Positions 23,457 through 34,677 of a DNA stretch of 64,000 nt are shown one piece after another. The stretch's first letter is position 1; every line of letters starts with the position of its first letter. Below the pieces are notes generated by a model. The model made no database searches. It saw only the letters and a list, made by a program, of their open reading frames with translations, and had not been told where the DNA came from. The stretch comes from an uncultured Nitrososphaeraceae archaeon. Lineage in GTDB: Archaea; Thermoproteota; Nitrososphaeria; Nitrososphaerales; Nitrososphaeraceae. Both the position numbers and the translations under genes were made by a program. The DNA lies in assembly GCA_963825865.1 (NCBI GenBank), contig CAWGVG010000036.1:1-64000 (forward strand), given 5' to 3'.

Positions 23457-25586
23457 CTAATTATTATTATGTGTCTTTTCTGTCTTTTTACTACTTAATG
23501 GTAAACTAAAATAAAATGTAGCCCCTATACCATCAGGGTTGTTTTGCGCCCATATTCTTCCACCATGAGCTTCCAGAATGCCTTTGGATATAAACAGGCC
23601 TAATCCTGATCCTGCCTCAGATGTAGTAACAAATTTGGAAAACAATTTCCCCTGTACATTAGGGTCAATACCCATTCCTCTATCCCTTACGCCAATAATG
23701 ACCTCCTCCTCCTCGACACCACTATTACTATTAGATTTCTTATCGGCTTGGATGGACCTTATGTCTGTAAAGATTGTTATTGTGCCGATACTATCGCTAC
23801 TATCACTATTATTTTTCCGTGTAAATTTAATGGCATTAGCCAACAGATTTGATATAACCTCATAAATTCTAGTTTTATCTGCTTCTACAACTATAGGATC
23901 CACTCTTGGATCAGCAGAGGCTATCTCTATTTCATCTCCTCTTGACTTTATATCGTCTACAACATTTCTTACCTTTTCGTTAATGTTAAACTTCTCCTTG
24001 TTTAGCTTTAAGGTTTGGCTCTCGATTCTTGAAACATCCAATATACTGTTTGTAAGGGTTTGGAGTCTAACAGCGTTTCTTTCTATAGCCCGTATCATTT
24101 CATCTCTTCTTTCAGGATGGCGTTGTATTAGCGCAGAATATCCTAAGATGGCTTGGGTAGGGGTCTTCAATTCATGGCTTGCAATATTGATGAACTCTCT
24201 TTGCATTTTGTCGTGTTCTTTTAGCTGTTTATTAACTGATACAAGTTGTTCATTTGAATTTTTTACTTGTTGATATAACTCAGTTTGCTTCCAAAGATTC
24301 TCAAATATAGCGACATATGATAAAACCCCTTCTTTACTATTTGAGCAGGTTGACAATCCTATTGCTTCAATAAAAGTTGTCTTTGAATCATCTCTTAATT
24401 CCATCACCAATGAAGCCTTTCTATCAACTACTAAGATTGTAGCTTTGGTCTCTGTCATTTGTTCTATGTATCTAATATCTATATTACCAGAACAGTGTTC
24501 TTTTAGTTGCTGTACTTTTTGTTCAATTAAGCTGTTTGCAGGCAACAATATTCTAACTTTTACCTTTCGTTCTTTTGCCGCCTGTTTTGCTAATTGTATA
24601 GCTCCAATCTTATCTTGACGAATGAGAGCATTTGGAGTAGGAAATATCCATAATATTTCTTCCGCAGCTGATTTTACTATGTTCAAATATATTTCCTGTG
24701 CTCTTGCTGAGCTTGGAATAACTTCAATATCAGCCAAGTCAACTCCTGCTTCAATGTCTCTTATTCTCTCTACAGCATCGATGCCATTTTTCCATAACTC
24801 TTCAAAAATAGAATTATAGTGACTAATGTAGGCAGGTTCGTTACTAATTAAAAGACTCTCCATTATTCTTCCTCCTTCCATTTTGTCGATAGTAGCATTG
24901 AAGTTTTTGTTATCAATAGCAAAATCCATGTGTGTCAGATTTTTGATATGTCTTATTTTCATTCCTTCATTTAGAAATATTTTAACTAAATCTATACTAT
25001 CTTTGTTTATAGAGGTAATCCATCTTACACCTTTGCTTTCTTTTTCTCTTCTGCTTCTGTCTACTATTTTTTTATAATCATCAAAGAAATTATTATAGAC
25101 TAGTTTCATTCCTCCAATTGAACAACAAGTTGATTGCTCATAGGTATTCTCAGCAACAGATTTCAGATAATCGAAAATTTTCTCCTTATCGTCTAATACT
25201 TTGGTTTCTATGGGTTCTACTCCTTCTTCTATCTCCATTATCTTCTGCTCAGCTGAAATTGCCTTACTCCAATATGTGTCAAAGATATACTCATTTTGTT
25301 TTACAAGTTCCTTTACATTACTTTGAATTATCTGAGCTGCTACTTTCCCTTTCTCAAATAAAAGCATAGGAGCAAGGTATTCTATTTCACTTATCATAAA
25401 ATTTCCTTTTATTCCATCTAAATGTCTTAGCTCACTAACAATGTACAGCAGTTCTTTACAAAAAGAAATATTTTCAGTTGTAATTTCTGTTAGATATCTA
25501 AGCCTAACTCCTCTATTTTTAGCATCAATAAATGCATTCCTTATTGGATCAAGTGCGATAGCTAACTGAGGTCGTGTATAATTCAT
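23457..25586 (-). CDS. Cytoplasmic sensor histidine kinase (Nitrososphaera type; true start probably ~100 nt further upstream)
   Basis: EFINIASHELKTP H-box, NLLANAIKF N-box, DRGMG, GSGLGLFI, HGGRIW. Confidence 0.93.
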   Translation of the reverse strand: MNYTRPQLAIALDPIRNAFIDAKNRGVRLRYLTEITTENISFCKELLYIVSELRHLDGIKGNFMISEIEYLAPMLLFEKGKVAAQIIQSNVKELVKQNEYIFDTYWSKAISAEQKIMEIEEGVEPIETKVLDDKEKIFDYLKSVAENTYEQSTCCSIGGMKLVYNNFFDDYKKIVDRSRREKESKGVRWITSINKDSIDLVKIFLNEGMKIRHIKNLTHMDFAIDNKNFNATIDKMEGGRIMESLLISNEPAYISHYNSIFEELWKNGIDAVERIRDIEAGVDLADIEVIPSSARAQEIYLNIVKSAAEEILWIFPTPNALIRQDKIGAIQLAKQAAKERKVKVRILLPANSLIEQKVQQLKEHCSGNIDIRYIEQMTETKATILVVDRKASLVMELRDDSKTTFIEAIGLSTCSNSKEGVLSYVAIFENLWKQTELYQQVKNSNEQLVSVNKQLKEHDKMQREFINIASHELKTPTQAILGYSALIQRHPERRDEMIRAIERNAVRLQTLTNSILDVSRIESQTLKLNKEKFNINEKVRNVVDDIKSRGDEIEIASADPRVDPIVVEADKTRIYEVISNLLANAIKFTRKNNSDSSDSIGTITIFTDIRSIQADKKSNSNSGVEEEEVIIGVRDRGMGIDPNVQGKLFSKFVTTSEAGSGLGLFISKGILEAHGGRIWAQNNPDGIGATFYFSLPLSSKKTEKTHNNN

Positions 25587-26139
25587 ACAAGTATCAATTC
25601 TTTTCTTTGAACTAGAGAAAAATTGTAATTCTGTATTTATTACATTTTCAATACCATAAAATACCTTAATCTTTTTTTCGTTTTGCGTATATTTTCTTAA
25701 AGAATACAGGATAATATAAAATAATATGGTAAAATGTTTAAGAATCTTGGGAAGATACGTATAAAATATCCCTTTAAACTAACTTATGAGTGAGGTAGTT
25801 TCTCATATTCTGTTGCTTGTCCTATTATTAAAAAGATACCTAGTTAAGCAAATACAAAATGCAAGCTGCTCATCCTCTAGGTACCGGCTATGCTAGTGGA
25901 ATGCATATGAGTAATAATTTGGTTTGCATCAGACAAATCTATTGAACCTAAATTAGAAAAAGGAAAACATAAAGTTGATGATGCTGTTATTGTATATAAG
26001 AAAAATTACTTACAAAAACATGTAATTCAGTTACGCATCTATTTATTTGACCGTAGTTTGGTTGCCTGAATTTACACTCTAGTTTGCATAATTAGTTTAT
26101 CGAAATGTGGATTTATGATATAACTGCTAACTATGTTCC

Positions 26140-26312
26140 TTCTTAGTCTTGGTAACCGGAAAATGACAAACAACCATGCCACACTTCGCACACCACTTGG
26201 CATTTTTGACATTAGCTTCTTTGTTGCAGTTGCTGCTGCAGTAGACTGGCTTTACTTTTTTTTCAACTTCAGAAACTTCATCTGATACAAAGCCTTCAGC
26301 TTTTAGCACTGC
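26140..26312 (-). pseudogene. Zn-ribbon C-terminal fragment typical of thaumarchaeal tyrosine integrases
   Basis: VKPVYCSSNCNKEANVKNAKWCAKCGMV. Confidence 0.5.
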
Positions 26313-26452
26313 ATTACTTCCTTGATTGATTGTTAAACGAATGAATGTAACGTAAATGCATCTTTTATTTTTAAATCATTCGTTGAACAGCCGGTAACCC
26401 AAACCTCATACATGTATGTTTAAACTATCAACAGCAGAAAATTATATGTCCG

Positions 26453-26908
26453 TTACTTCTTCTTCCTAAATAACTGCATATAATATGCCATCAAATCTGC
26501 GACGGCGATAAATCCTACTATGCCTATTAAGCTGGCTATAACTGAAGCTATGAATGGTTCAAAGCGCTGTATTAGTAACCAATAGTGTACATATGGTTTA
26601 ACAATGTTATATTCTATTTCAGCTACAGACATAGTAGATATAAGTTTTATAATGACCCATTTTATATTTTGAAATCTTCTGTTTCGAGCAGTAGATTGTT
26701 TAAGGTATTTTCCTCTATTATCAATATAAAATAATACACCAAATATAGTATAGAATATAACATCCTCGATAATTAGAGTAATTAGAGAATTCAAAGCGAA
26801 TATGAACTTTGGTGCTATTAGCTGGCTGGTTATAGCACCTGTAATAAACGCAGAGACAAAACCAATAAGGATATTTTTATTAAATAAAAGATATTCTTTA
26901 TACTTCAA
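26453..26908 (-). CDS. Four-TM membrane protein (GtrA-like)
   Basis: Four hydrophobic segments, 151 aa. Confidence 0.6.
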   Translation of the reverse strand: MKYKEYLLFNKNILIGFVSAFITGAITSQLIAPKFIFALNSLITLIIEDVIFYTIFGVLFYIDNRGKYLKQSTARNRRFQNIKWVIIKLISTMSVAEIEYNIVKPYVHYWLLIQRFEPFIASVIASLIGIVGFIAVADLMAYYMQLFRKKK

Positions 26909-27729
26909 TTGACTTTTTTGATTCCTCTGATAATCTTTATGATTCAGCTTTGGTATTATCTTTATTATAATAGAGTTCCAATCATCGTAATCCTTGATTC
27001 ATTTTTTATTCTCAATAACATTAGGTGAATTACTCTATGAAGGTAAAGACAAACAAACAGGAATGTGAATTTTGATGATAAAGGACAGCTGGCATCCTGT
27101 GCACCAGATAGTGATACCACTTTATATTTATAAAACCAGATAATAATAGTTAGTAATGTGTTGTTGTGGTGGAATCGATAGAGCATGCCCAGGATTTTAC
27201 TTGACTGAAGAAGAAATAAAGGTATTTATCGCCAAAGTCAAAATGGCAGCCAAATATCTATTTACCATACTTACAAAAAATAATAAACATTTGAAGATCC
27301 AACAAAACTAGAGTCCAAAGATGACGAAAAAATTTGCAGTTTCAGGCTTAGCACTATTATGAAGGATATAACTGCACCAAATCTATAGCCTTCAGAGTAC
27401 AATGCTTACGGAGAGGCGAAGATCTCCTAAATAGAAAAGTATGTGTCTACCAACTTCCCTTTGAGCTAAGAACACCAGACCCCTGCATAGCTGTATTTTG
27501 CAGGTTTTTTCTAATATGAGTAAAATAAAAAACCACTGAAGCTCAAAGCCTCGTTGTTGGCAGCTCTCTTCTTTTGCTATTAATCACTGGAACTTGATTC
27601 ATAGATTAACTATTGCAGATGTAACAACAAAAACAACTGCTAAAACCCCAAATAAAGCACTTTCGTTATCTATCAAGAGTGAAGGCAAGAGTTAATGCAG
27701 TCTTGCTTGATGATCAAAGGAGTTCAATT

Positions 27730-28899
27730 TTAACAAGACTTATTCTCTTGGCCCTCGTTATCGATTTCTTCTGATTGAATAAATGTATATTCTTCTCTAT
27801 ATGCATGATTCTGATTAGCTGCTGTTGGACTTGATCTTACATGACTTTGTTGTTGTTCATTAGATGGTGGCAGCATTGGGAATGATGATGGTAATGATGA
27901 TTTGCTAAAAGTGCAATCGGTAATAATTTTGTTTATACTATCTTTTACTAGTTTATAGAACAGCTTTTCAGCTTCACTTATTATGATAGCTACATTGGCT
28001 TCAGTATCATAATCTGGTGATGAGTTTTGTTGCTGTTGCTGCCTGTACATATAATTCTGGCCGTTGCTGCTATAATCTATTATCGAAGGAGACATGTTAT
28101 AAAAAAATGACCTATATCTTTCTGGATTATTTCTTATTGAATCAGTTATAGACAAAATGGCACACCTTAGGAACATTTTTACATTTGATAAACCGCCGAG
28201 GACCTCTTCTCCAACATTTGTTATGACTTTGAGGTATTCTTCATTACTGTCCTGAAAGTCATTTACAAGTGCTTCTAGTTTCATCTTTTTCTGGTGGAGC
28301 TCAGCCATTTGTCTTTTTTCTTGTTCACAGGATAAACGACAGGAGTCGGATGTATTGCGTAAATCTGATATCTGGTCGCTTAATTCCTGCAAAATCATGG
28401 TTGAGTTCCTTTTATCTCCTTCCAGGGAATATACCTCCCTTTTGAGTTCTTGGCATCTCTGCTCCACCGATGGTAGATGATTGTTAGCAATTGTAAGAAG
28501 TCTAATGACCTGCTGTGTATTCATACCTGCAGCCTTGGCCGACTTGTATAAGTTCAGAAAAGAGACAATATCACCTTTAATTTCTTCATAAATATGATGG
28601 AGATCATGAAGATGGCATAGGTTCCAATACTCCTTGTATAATTCAATTACTTCCACCTGTCTTAGGTTTAATGTAATAGCAACATCCATTGGAGATTTAC
28701 CTGCTAAAAACAATTTGTAAGCCTGTGACGATACAGAGAGGGATTCCTCTGATTCCGTCCCTTTAACTACCTTATCCAAGATAGTTTTAATGTCACGTGG
28801 ACATACCCTTGCCTCTTCAGCTATTTGGCGGTAAGTCTTACCTTGACTGTATAGTTCTAAAACCAGCTTTTCTTTTTCCTGTCTTGTTAATACCATCAT
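27730..28899 (-). CDS. N-terminal HTH + long coiled-coil protein
   Basis: VLELYSQGKTYRQIAEEARVCPRDIKTI; SQAYKLFLAGKSPMDVAITLNL; heptad-rich middle; intact 389 aa. Confidence 0.8.
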   Translation of the reverse strand: MMVLTRQEKEKLVLELYSQGKTYRQIAEEARVCPRDIKTILDKVVKGTESEESLSVSSQAYKLFLAGKSPMDVAITLNLRQVEVIELYKEYWNLCHLHDLHHIYEEIKGDIVSFLNLYKSAKAAGMNTQQVIRLLTIANNHLPSVEQRCQELKREVYSLEGDKRNSTMILQELSDQISDLRNTSDSCRLSCEQEKRQMAELHQKKMKLEALVNDFQDSNEEYLKVITNVGEEVLGGLSNVKMFLRCAILSITDSIRNNPERYRSFFYNMSPSIIDYSSNGQNYMYRQQQQQNSSPDYDTEANVAIIISEAEKLFYKLVKDSINKIITDCTFSKSSLPSSFPMLPPSNEQQQSHVRSSPTAANQNHAYREEYTFIQSEEIDNEGQENKSC

Positions 28900-28947
28900 G
28901 TTGTATTTATTTTATATAAATACAGAATAAAAAGAAACTAAAGCTCT

Positions 28948-29015
28948 TGTTATCATCTGTTATCAATTCGTTATCATTGCTATCGTTTTGTTATCTTTGA
29001 TATCAACTGTTATCA
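28948..29015. promoter_or_regulatory. Seven phased tGtTATCa repeats (iteron/operator array)
   Basis: TATC at 28951, 28961, 28972, 28981, 28992, 29001, 29011. Confidence 0.75.
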
Positions 29016-29437
29016 TGATATTTTAATTTGAACTCAGAATGCGAGTGAAGGGAGGTGATCAGATGGATTAATCTTCATTGATTATATTTTTTTAGTGTGC
29101 CTCTCTGTAGTGTAATTTGTTTACAGCGTGTGACTAGCTCGCATGGTCACATGCCGAAAGTATTTTGACATTCAGACACACGATGAGATATTATACTAAT
29201 GTGATCCATGACTTCACATCAAAGAACCAGAATTTACCTAGATCCTGTCCCCAATTACTTTCGTTTCATAAGAGATTACACTATCTCCTCCTTCATGTGG
29301 TGCCTTGCCATCAACGACAGAATATTTCCATCCATGCCAAGGACAGTATGCTTTTCATAAAGTTTAATCAATTCTTTATCATTGCTACAGAGGATGTTTT
29401 GGATATCTTAGTTTAGTTAGTTTATTATGATTATCAT

Positions 29438-30100
29438 TCAAACAGATGTTCTCCATGATATAGCTGATTGGCAATCTGATAAGTATGTCCTTGTGAACGC
29501 ATTGTCGGTGAATGTGCTGCTAGGTATCTTGCTGTCTGCCACCAATATATGTGCTCTTGTTGTGCTATTATTATTATTCTCGTCGTCATCAGTAGATACA
29601 AGAGAATACTGTCTAAAGACTGCTTCAATCATCTGAATAGAATGAAAGTTACGATCTTCTCGTAGCAAAGCCTTTCCAATTATAGCTGAAAAGTCGATCT
29701 GGGTTTCCGTCATTATAAAGATAGTCTACAACTAACTGTCCTGCTTGATTTACTTGCTGCTGCTTATCTAGAAGTGTTGGAAGTTCTTTTAGTAACATCT
29801 CAGGATCTATAAATTTGCTATCATTACTGACGTTTTCCATCTTCTTTGGCTTTGGCAATAGTACTGGCGGGACATTTAGAAAGCGATTAAGATAAACTCT
29901 CATTGCACCATCAAACACACCTCGCAATAGCTCCTGTGTAGCTATCCTTCTTAACCCCTGATGTACAGCGTTAGCATACGTAAATGTATGTAGTGCAGTA
30001 TCCCAGTCACTAAATTCATTACGGGTATGAAATTGTACTATGCGCAAAGCTGCAGCATAGGCTACTATACTGGCCAATTCTTCTTCACTAGCACCTTGGC
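29438..30100 (-). pseudogene. C-terminal part of a Rieske-associated helical protein, cut by the adjacent IS
   Basis: AAALRIVQFHTRNEFSDWDTALHTFTYANAVHQ..YLNRFLNVPP..LLREDRNFHSIQMIEA. Confidence 0.6.
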
Positions 30101-30107
30101 TTAAGGC

Positions 30108-31225
30108 GGGGTTGTTGCCTAATTTGATATCGCATATGGTGTCACCTTTATTCCCAGTTTGTTTGCACATTGTAGTCTGTTAAGGACTTCTAGGTTCCAG
30201 CCTATTGATTTAATTAATCCAAATCTTTTCTGATTGTTCTTTAATCTGAATGTGCAGTATAGCTGATGATGATGATGTTTAGTTTCTTCAGCTCCAAATA
30301 TTCCTTCTATCAATCCTCTATAACGATATATTGATGCATTGAATATCTTTGCTAGCCTTCTTTCTGTATTTGTTCTTCTTACTACTGCTATTCTTGTTCT
30401 TGGAGTTTTTTCTCTGCTTGATATTTGGAAGCATGTTCATGTTAAACACTGACTGGAAGTTCTTGTTGCCATCATAACCTCTGTTACCATTGAATGTTGA
30501 ACCTGCAAAGTCTAATCTATATTTCTTCAATCTGTTTAGCATTGTTCGGAGTACTGGAGAATCGTGTGTTTTCTTACTGGTAAGTCGTGTATTAAGTATT
30601 ATGAGATGATCAAGTATCCCTGTGATATGCCATTTCAGATACTGTTTTACCCTTATCTTTTCGAATTTCTTACTACTACTATTTTTGATAAATCGTACTT
30701 CGTATCCGTACCTGTTTGTCTCTACACCGGTGCTATCTGATGCGAGAATACCCTTCTTCCAGCCTGATTCTTTCAAACATAGATAAGCTGACCATATTAG
30801 TACACGTTCAAGATATATCAGCGGTATCTTCTTGAATGTACGTGATATCCACGTATGATCTGGATATGGCTCGTTATTCCATGGCAAATTAAGAGAGGGT
30901 ACTATATTCTGTATATCTCTGTACGTTGAACCGAAAACAACCATCAATATACAAATACAGACAAGTTTTTCCCAAGAATGAATTGGTTTCCTTCCTCTAT
31001 TACTGTTCTTCTTTGAAGTAGGAGGAGGATTTTCTTTGACCAGAGAAACTATATTTTCGATAAGCATATCTCGTTCTAGGGTATGTGCTAGATGGTAACA
31101 CAACCAGTAACCATCTTTCCTCTTGTGCTTGCAAGTCAATAAGAGGGTGCATACCCTTTCTAAGCTAAATCGAAAACCGTGAAATCATATTTACAGTCAA
31201 TTAAAACGAATTAGGCAACAACCCC
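30108..31225 (-). mobile_element. Insertion sequence (IS5/IS4-like DDE) with 17-bp perfect terminal inverted repeats
   Basis: GGGGTTGTTGCCTAATT (30108-30124) and AATTAGGCAACAACCCC (31209-31225). Confidence 0.85.
30119..31139 (-). CDS. DDE transposase, frameshifted near 30320
   Basis: RGRKPIHS, PDHTWISR, ASDSTG, YLKWH, HDSP, GNRGYD, RGLIEGIFG. Confidence 0.8.
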
Positions 31226-31337
31226 AATCTATCCTATTATGTATACAATTGAGACCTGGGCATAATTCCTGCCCATATTTTGACCATTTTCTATTGATGA
31301 TTTGATATAAAGCTAGCCTCAGGGTGTCTGATGTTTT

Positions 31338-32130
31338 ATGGTGACAAACCTTCAAACAGTCACAAAGGCTAGCTGCCAACAATACTTCAGAACCTGTCTT
31401 AATTAGCATTCTACATTTCATAGGGCGGATACCTTGGCCTACATGTCAGAAAAAGAAAAGAGGAAGACCGTACGTATACCCTCCAACTGTAATACTGAGA
31501 TGTTTTGTTGTTAGGATATGGCTGAGATTGGATTCTAATAGCGCATTACATGATTTCCTTGCCATGGATTATTATCCATATAACAGAAAGATAATGAAAA
31601 CTTGCGGATTAACCAGTCTTCCTGACAGAAGGAAATTTGACAGAAGGCTTTCGACAACATCTGTTGACATCAAAGAAAGGATATCAATCATGGGATATCT
31701 ATTTGTCAAGGAAAAGTTAGTTGACCCATACATTGTTCCTCAGTTCCAAAAGGTGTACGTTACATGACTGCTGCTGATTCTGGATATGACGACTACAAAC
31801 TATACGATTTAAGCATAAATAGAAGAAGATTTGAGCTGGTATGTCCAGTATCAGAAATATATAACAATACAAGTGACAGGCTGTAATTGATAGAGTTCTA
31901 TGAATCTGAATTAGGACAGGCAATTTACTCATGGAGAAGCATATCTGTAGAACCATGGATAGAACATATCAAAGACGTTTTCAGAATAGATCCTTTGACA
32001 ATAAGAGTATATCAGAAACCTACAGGACAATACTACTATTATTACTACTCTGTCAAATGATCGTTTAATACAATTGTATGACTCACAAAGAATATCCGAA
32101 AGCAATCAAACACATGTTAGGATGCTCATC
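31338..32130 (+). mobile_element. Degenerate DDE transposase remnant
   Basis: KKRGRPYVYPPTVILRCFVVRIWLRLDSN..LPDRRKFDRRL; later pieces IEHIKDVFRIDPL and PKAIKHMLG. Confidence 0.7.
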
Positions 32131-32370
32131 ATCATCATCGTGATGAATCCGCTTATATTAGTGAGTTATACGATGGTGAATTCTCGATCTCATCTGACAA
32201 GTGTCAATCTGCATATTATTGTAAAATCTACTTATTTCGACGCCTCTAAATCTTTCATAATAAAATTCTATAACAAAAATATATCACGGTCCTAATCTAT
32301 CTATATTACATCCTGATAATACATTATTATATAATATTAATTATACAGTTACATCGAGATAATTTGGTCA

Positions 32371-32423
32371 CAAGAATTAATGGCCGAGTAAAGGAATAAT
32401 CTTTGCTATTGACAAAATCTAGT
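32371..32423 (+). promoter_or_regulatory. Conserved non-coding element, copy A
   Basis: CAAGAATTAATGGCC..AGGA..ATCTTTGCTA..GACAAAAT.TAGT, about 44/55 identical by hand to the reverse complement of 38219-38273. Confidence 0.7.
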
Positions 32424-32720
32424 CCGATCTTCTAACAAAAGAATTGTTAACAAATTTGCTAGTAACAGACCATTATAAAACAAGATATCATTCAAATTAG
32501 CAAAACTCGGTGCCAGTCTTGTAAGAAAAATTCGATAGTCATACAAGCAATTAGTTGTGATGTCATTGCTCATATTTAGAAATCTTATGCCTTTAATGAT
32601 GTAATTTTCTTATGGAGACAATATTGATCAGGCGTATGTCGAGTACAACCATGCATATGGGAGCAATGCCGACATAGGTCACAATAAATGACCTTTCGAA
32701 ATTTTTCAGTATTGGACCCA

Positions 32721-33452
32721 CTACATAGAGTTACGAGCTATAGCATATGACCTATCTTTAAAATTGCTCCTAGGACGCAGCTTCACAAAAATATCGTAAG
32801 TTGCAGAATAATGATAGTAAGTGCCATTTTTAGCCTCAAAATAAATCTGATAAGGTTCATCCGAAGCTTGTAGTTCTCTTATGAGAATCCAATAACCATC
32901 AGTCACAGCCTCGAAATAACTGGCTTTGAGCGCTTCCTCCCATTTATCTTTGAGAGGGCTCTTGTCTGATACAACTATTTTGAATAATTGAGATTCTACA
33001 CGATAATCTTTAAGGTTATTTACGATTGGTTCAGTATTTTCGTTGCCGATCTTGATGTACGAACCAATCTCCCAGCCACTATCGATGTCTTTTCTAGCAT
33101 AGTAGCGTAATTCTCCCTCAGTTTGCAATAATTTCTTTTTATCTTCTGGATTTTTGCACCCTGTCAGGAAATTTGCTTCTACCACCGGGAAGAAAATAGC
33201 AGTTTCCTCATAGATTTCAATTCTTTTATCGCCTGTTCTGTCATAATGTGTAGTGGTATTTTCTCTATATCCATTTTCTCGACCTTCAACTGGCAAATAA
33301 TCAACATTGGCTCGTAAAAAAATTATCGGATCATTTTTTGAATAACTATCTGGATCACTGGAAAGCACCCATTTCAACCATTCAGACGCCCATTCTCCAT
33401 AGGATCTGCCCCTAAAATTTTCATTAGGAGGAACTATATCGAGTTTTTTCAT
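32721..33452 (-). CDS. PYG/EW-WW domain paralogue 1 (divergent, no signal peptide)
   Basis: FRGRSYGEWASEWLKW, IIFLRA, AIFFPVV, YRVES, AVTDGYWILI, YDIFV. Confidence 0.8.
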   Translation of the reverse strand: MKKLDIVPPNENFRGRSYGEWASEWLKWVLSSDPDSYSKNDPIIFLRANVDYLPVEGRENGYRENTTTHYDRTGDKRIEIYEETAIFFPVVEANFLTGCKNPEDKKKLLQTEGELRYYARKDIDSGWEIGSYIKIGNENTEPIVNNLKDYRVESQLFKIVVSDKSPLKDKWEEALKASYFEAVTDGYWILIRELQASDEPYQIYFEAKNGTYYHYSATYDIFVKLRPRSNFKDRSYAIARNSM

Positions 33453-33902
33453 AAAAAAAAAACTTTAATATGTCTTAATAAAGTTATACTTGTAGTGATT
33501 TTCTTCCAGGTCGATATGCGTTGAACATTTCTTATCGGTGTTAATTATCGAATCATTGATTGTGAAAAATAATGCTACGAGTTCATATGGAAAACGGATG
33601 CTTCACTTGTGATAAAAACTCGAATTGGTTCTAGGTCTTCAGAAGCTTTTGGAAAGTGACTTATACGATTGGAATCACCATATGTGGCATTTTAAACCAA
33701 TTACCTTTTTCATACTGGTATAACATTTTTTTATGATTTGATCCTGGCAACTACCGATCCAGAAGAAAAGCTGTTATTTCAAAATCTCTAGTTAAATAAT
33801 AACATAGGCATTAAAATGAAGGTTTTTAAAATTAGATGTAACCAATGTTAAGCGACATACATTTATAGTCGATCGAATAGTAGTAATTGGGTTTAGTACT
33901 AG

Positions 33903-34460
33903 TTGGGTGAACAAGCAAACGAGCTATTAATAAAAGGAAAGGAAGCTTACAATAAAGGTAATTACAAGGATGCTGAGCAGTACTATAAAAAAGCAATAGA
34001 GGATCCGGATCAGTATTATAAAAGATGTGCTTTAATTAATTTGAATGTTCTTTATGGAGAAGGAAGCCACGAATTTTCCAAATCTGTAGAAGTAAATCGA
34101 AAGCTATTAGAAATTGACGACAGTTCGGAGGCTAAGACAAATCTGGCAGAAAGTCTATTAAGGGATAGAAAGTATGAAGAAGCACGAAAGTATGCGTTAG
34201 ATGTTGTGAATGCGCCTAAACATACTATTGGTGAACGTGACGATACTGATATGTTATACCCTGATCATCTAGATGATAAAGGCTATAAAACCGTTAACAC
34301 ATTATTCACTTTGTGTTCATACTTATTGGAGGAAAATAATAACTTTAAAATTCCTGATGAAAAATGGCTATTTGTAGGACTAGCCAAATCGATAAATGAC
34401 AGCAATGCAAGTGACAAAACAAAAAAAGCATTACTTGCTGTTATAGATTCATTTAAATAA
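33903..34460 (+). CDS. TPR-repeat protein
   Basis: KGKEAYNKGNYKDAEQYYKKAIE; AKTNLAESLLRDRKYEEARKYA. Confidence 0.75.
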   Translation: MGEQANELLIKGKEAYNKGNYKDAEQYYKKAIEDPDQYYKRCALINLNVLYGEGSHEFSKSVEVNRKLLEIDDSSEAKTNLAESLLRDRKYEEARKYALDVVNAPKHTIGERDDTDMLYPDHLDDKGYKTVNTLFTLCSYLLEENNNFKIPDEKWLFVGLAKSINDSNASDKTKKALLAVIDSFK

Positions 34461-34677
34461 ATATCAAATGAGTAAGCAATTAGAGAAGCTGATTCTCTTA
34501 TAACAGTATAGATGTTTAGGACTAAGGAAGTTAATATATGCTAATCTAAAGCTATTGTTATAAAACTAATTTGTCAGAACAATCAGTATTGCTTTACAAT
34601 ACCCAATCAGATGATATATTACATAACTGCTAACAGTGACTTCACATACATAGCCTAAGAGACATAATAGTGAAGGT

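Noticed and set aside
23578-25369. Plus-strand ORFs inside the histidine kinase (and similar antisense ORFs elsewhere)
   Set aside because: Antisense shadows of well-supported genes
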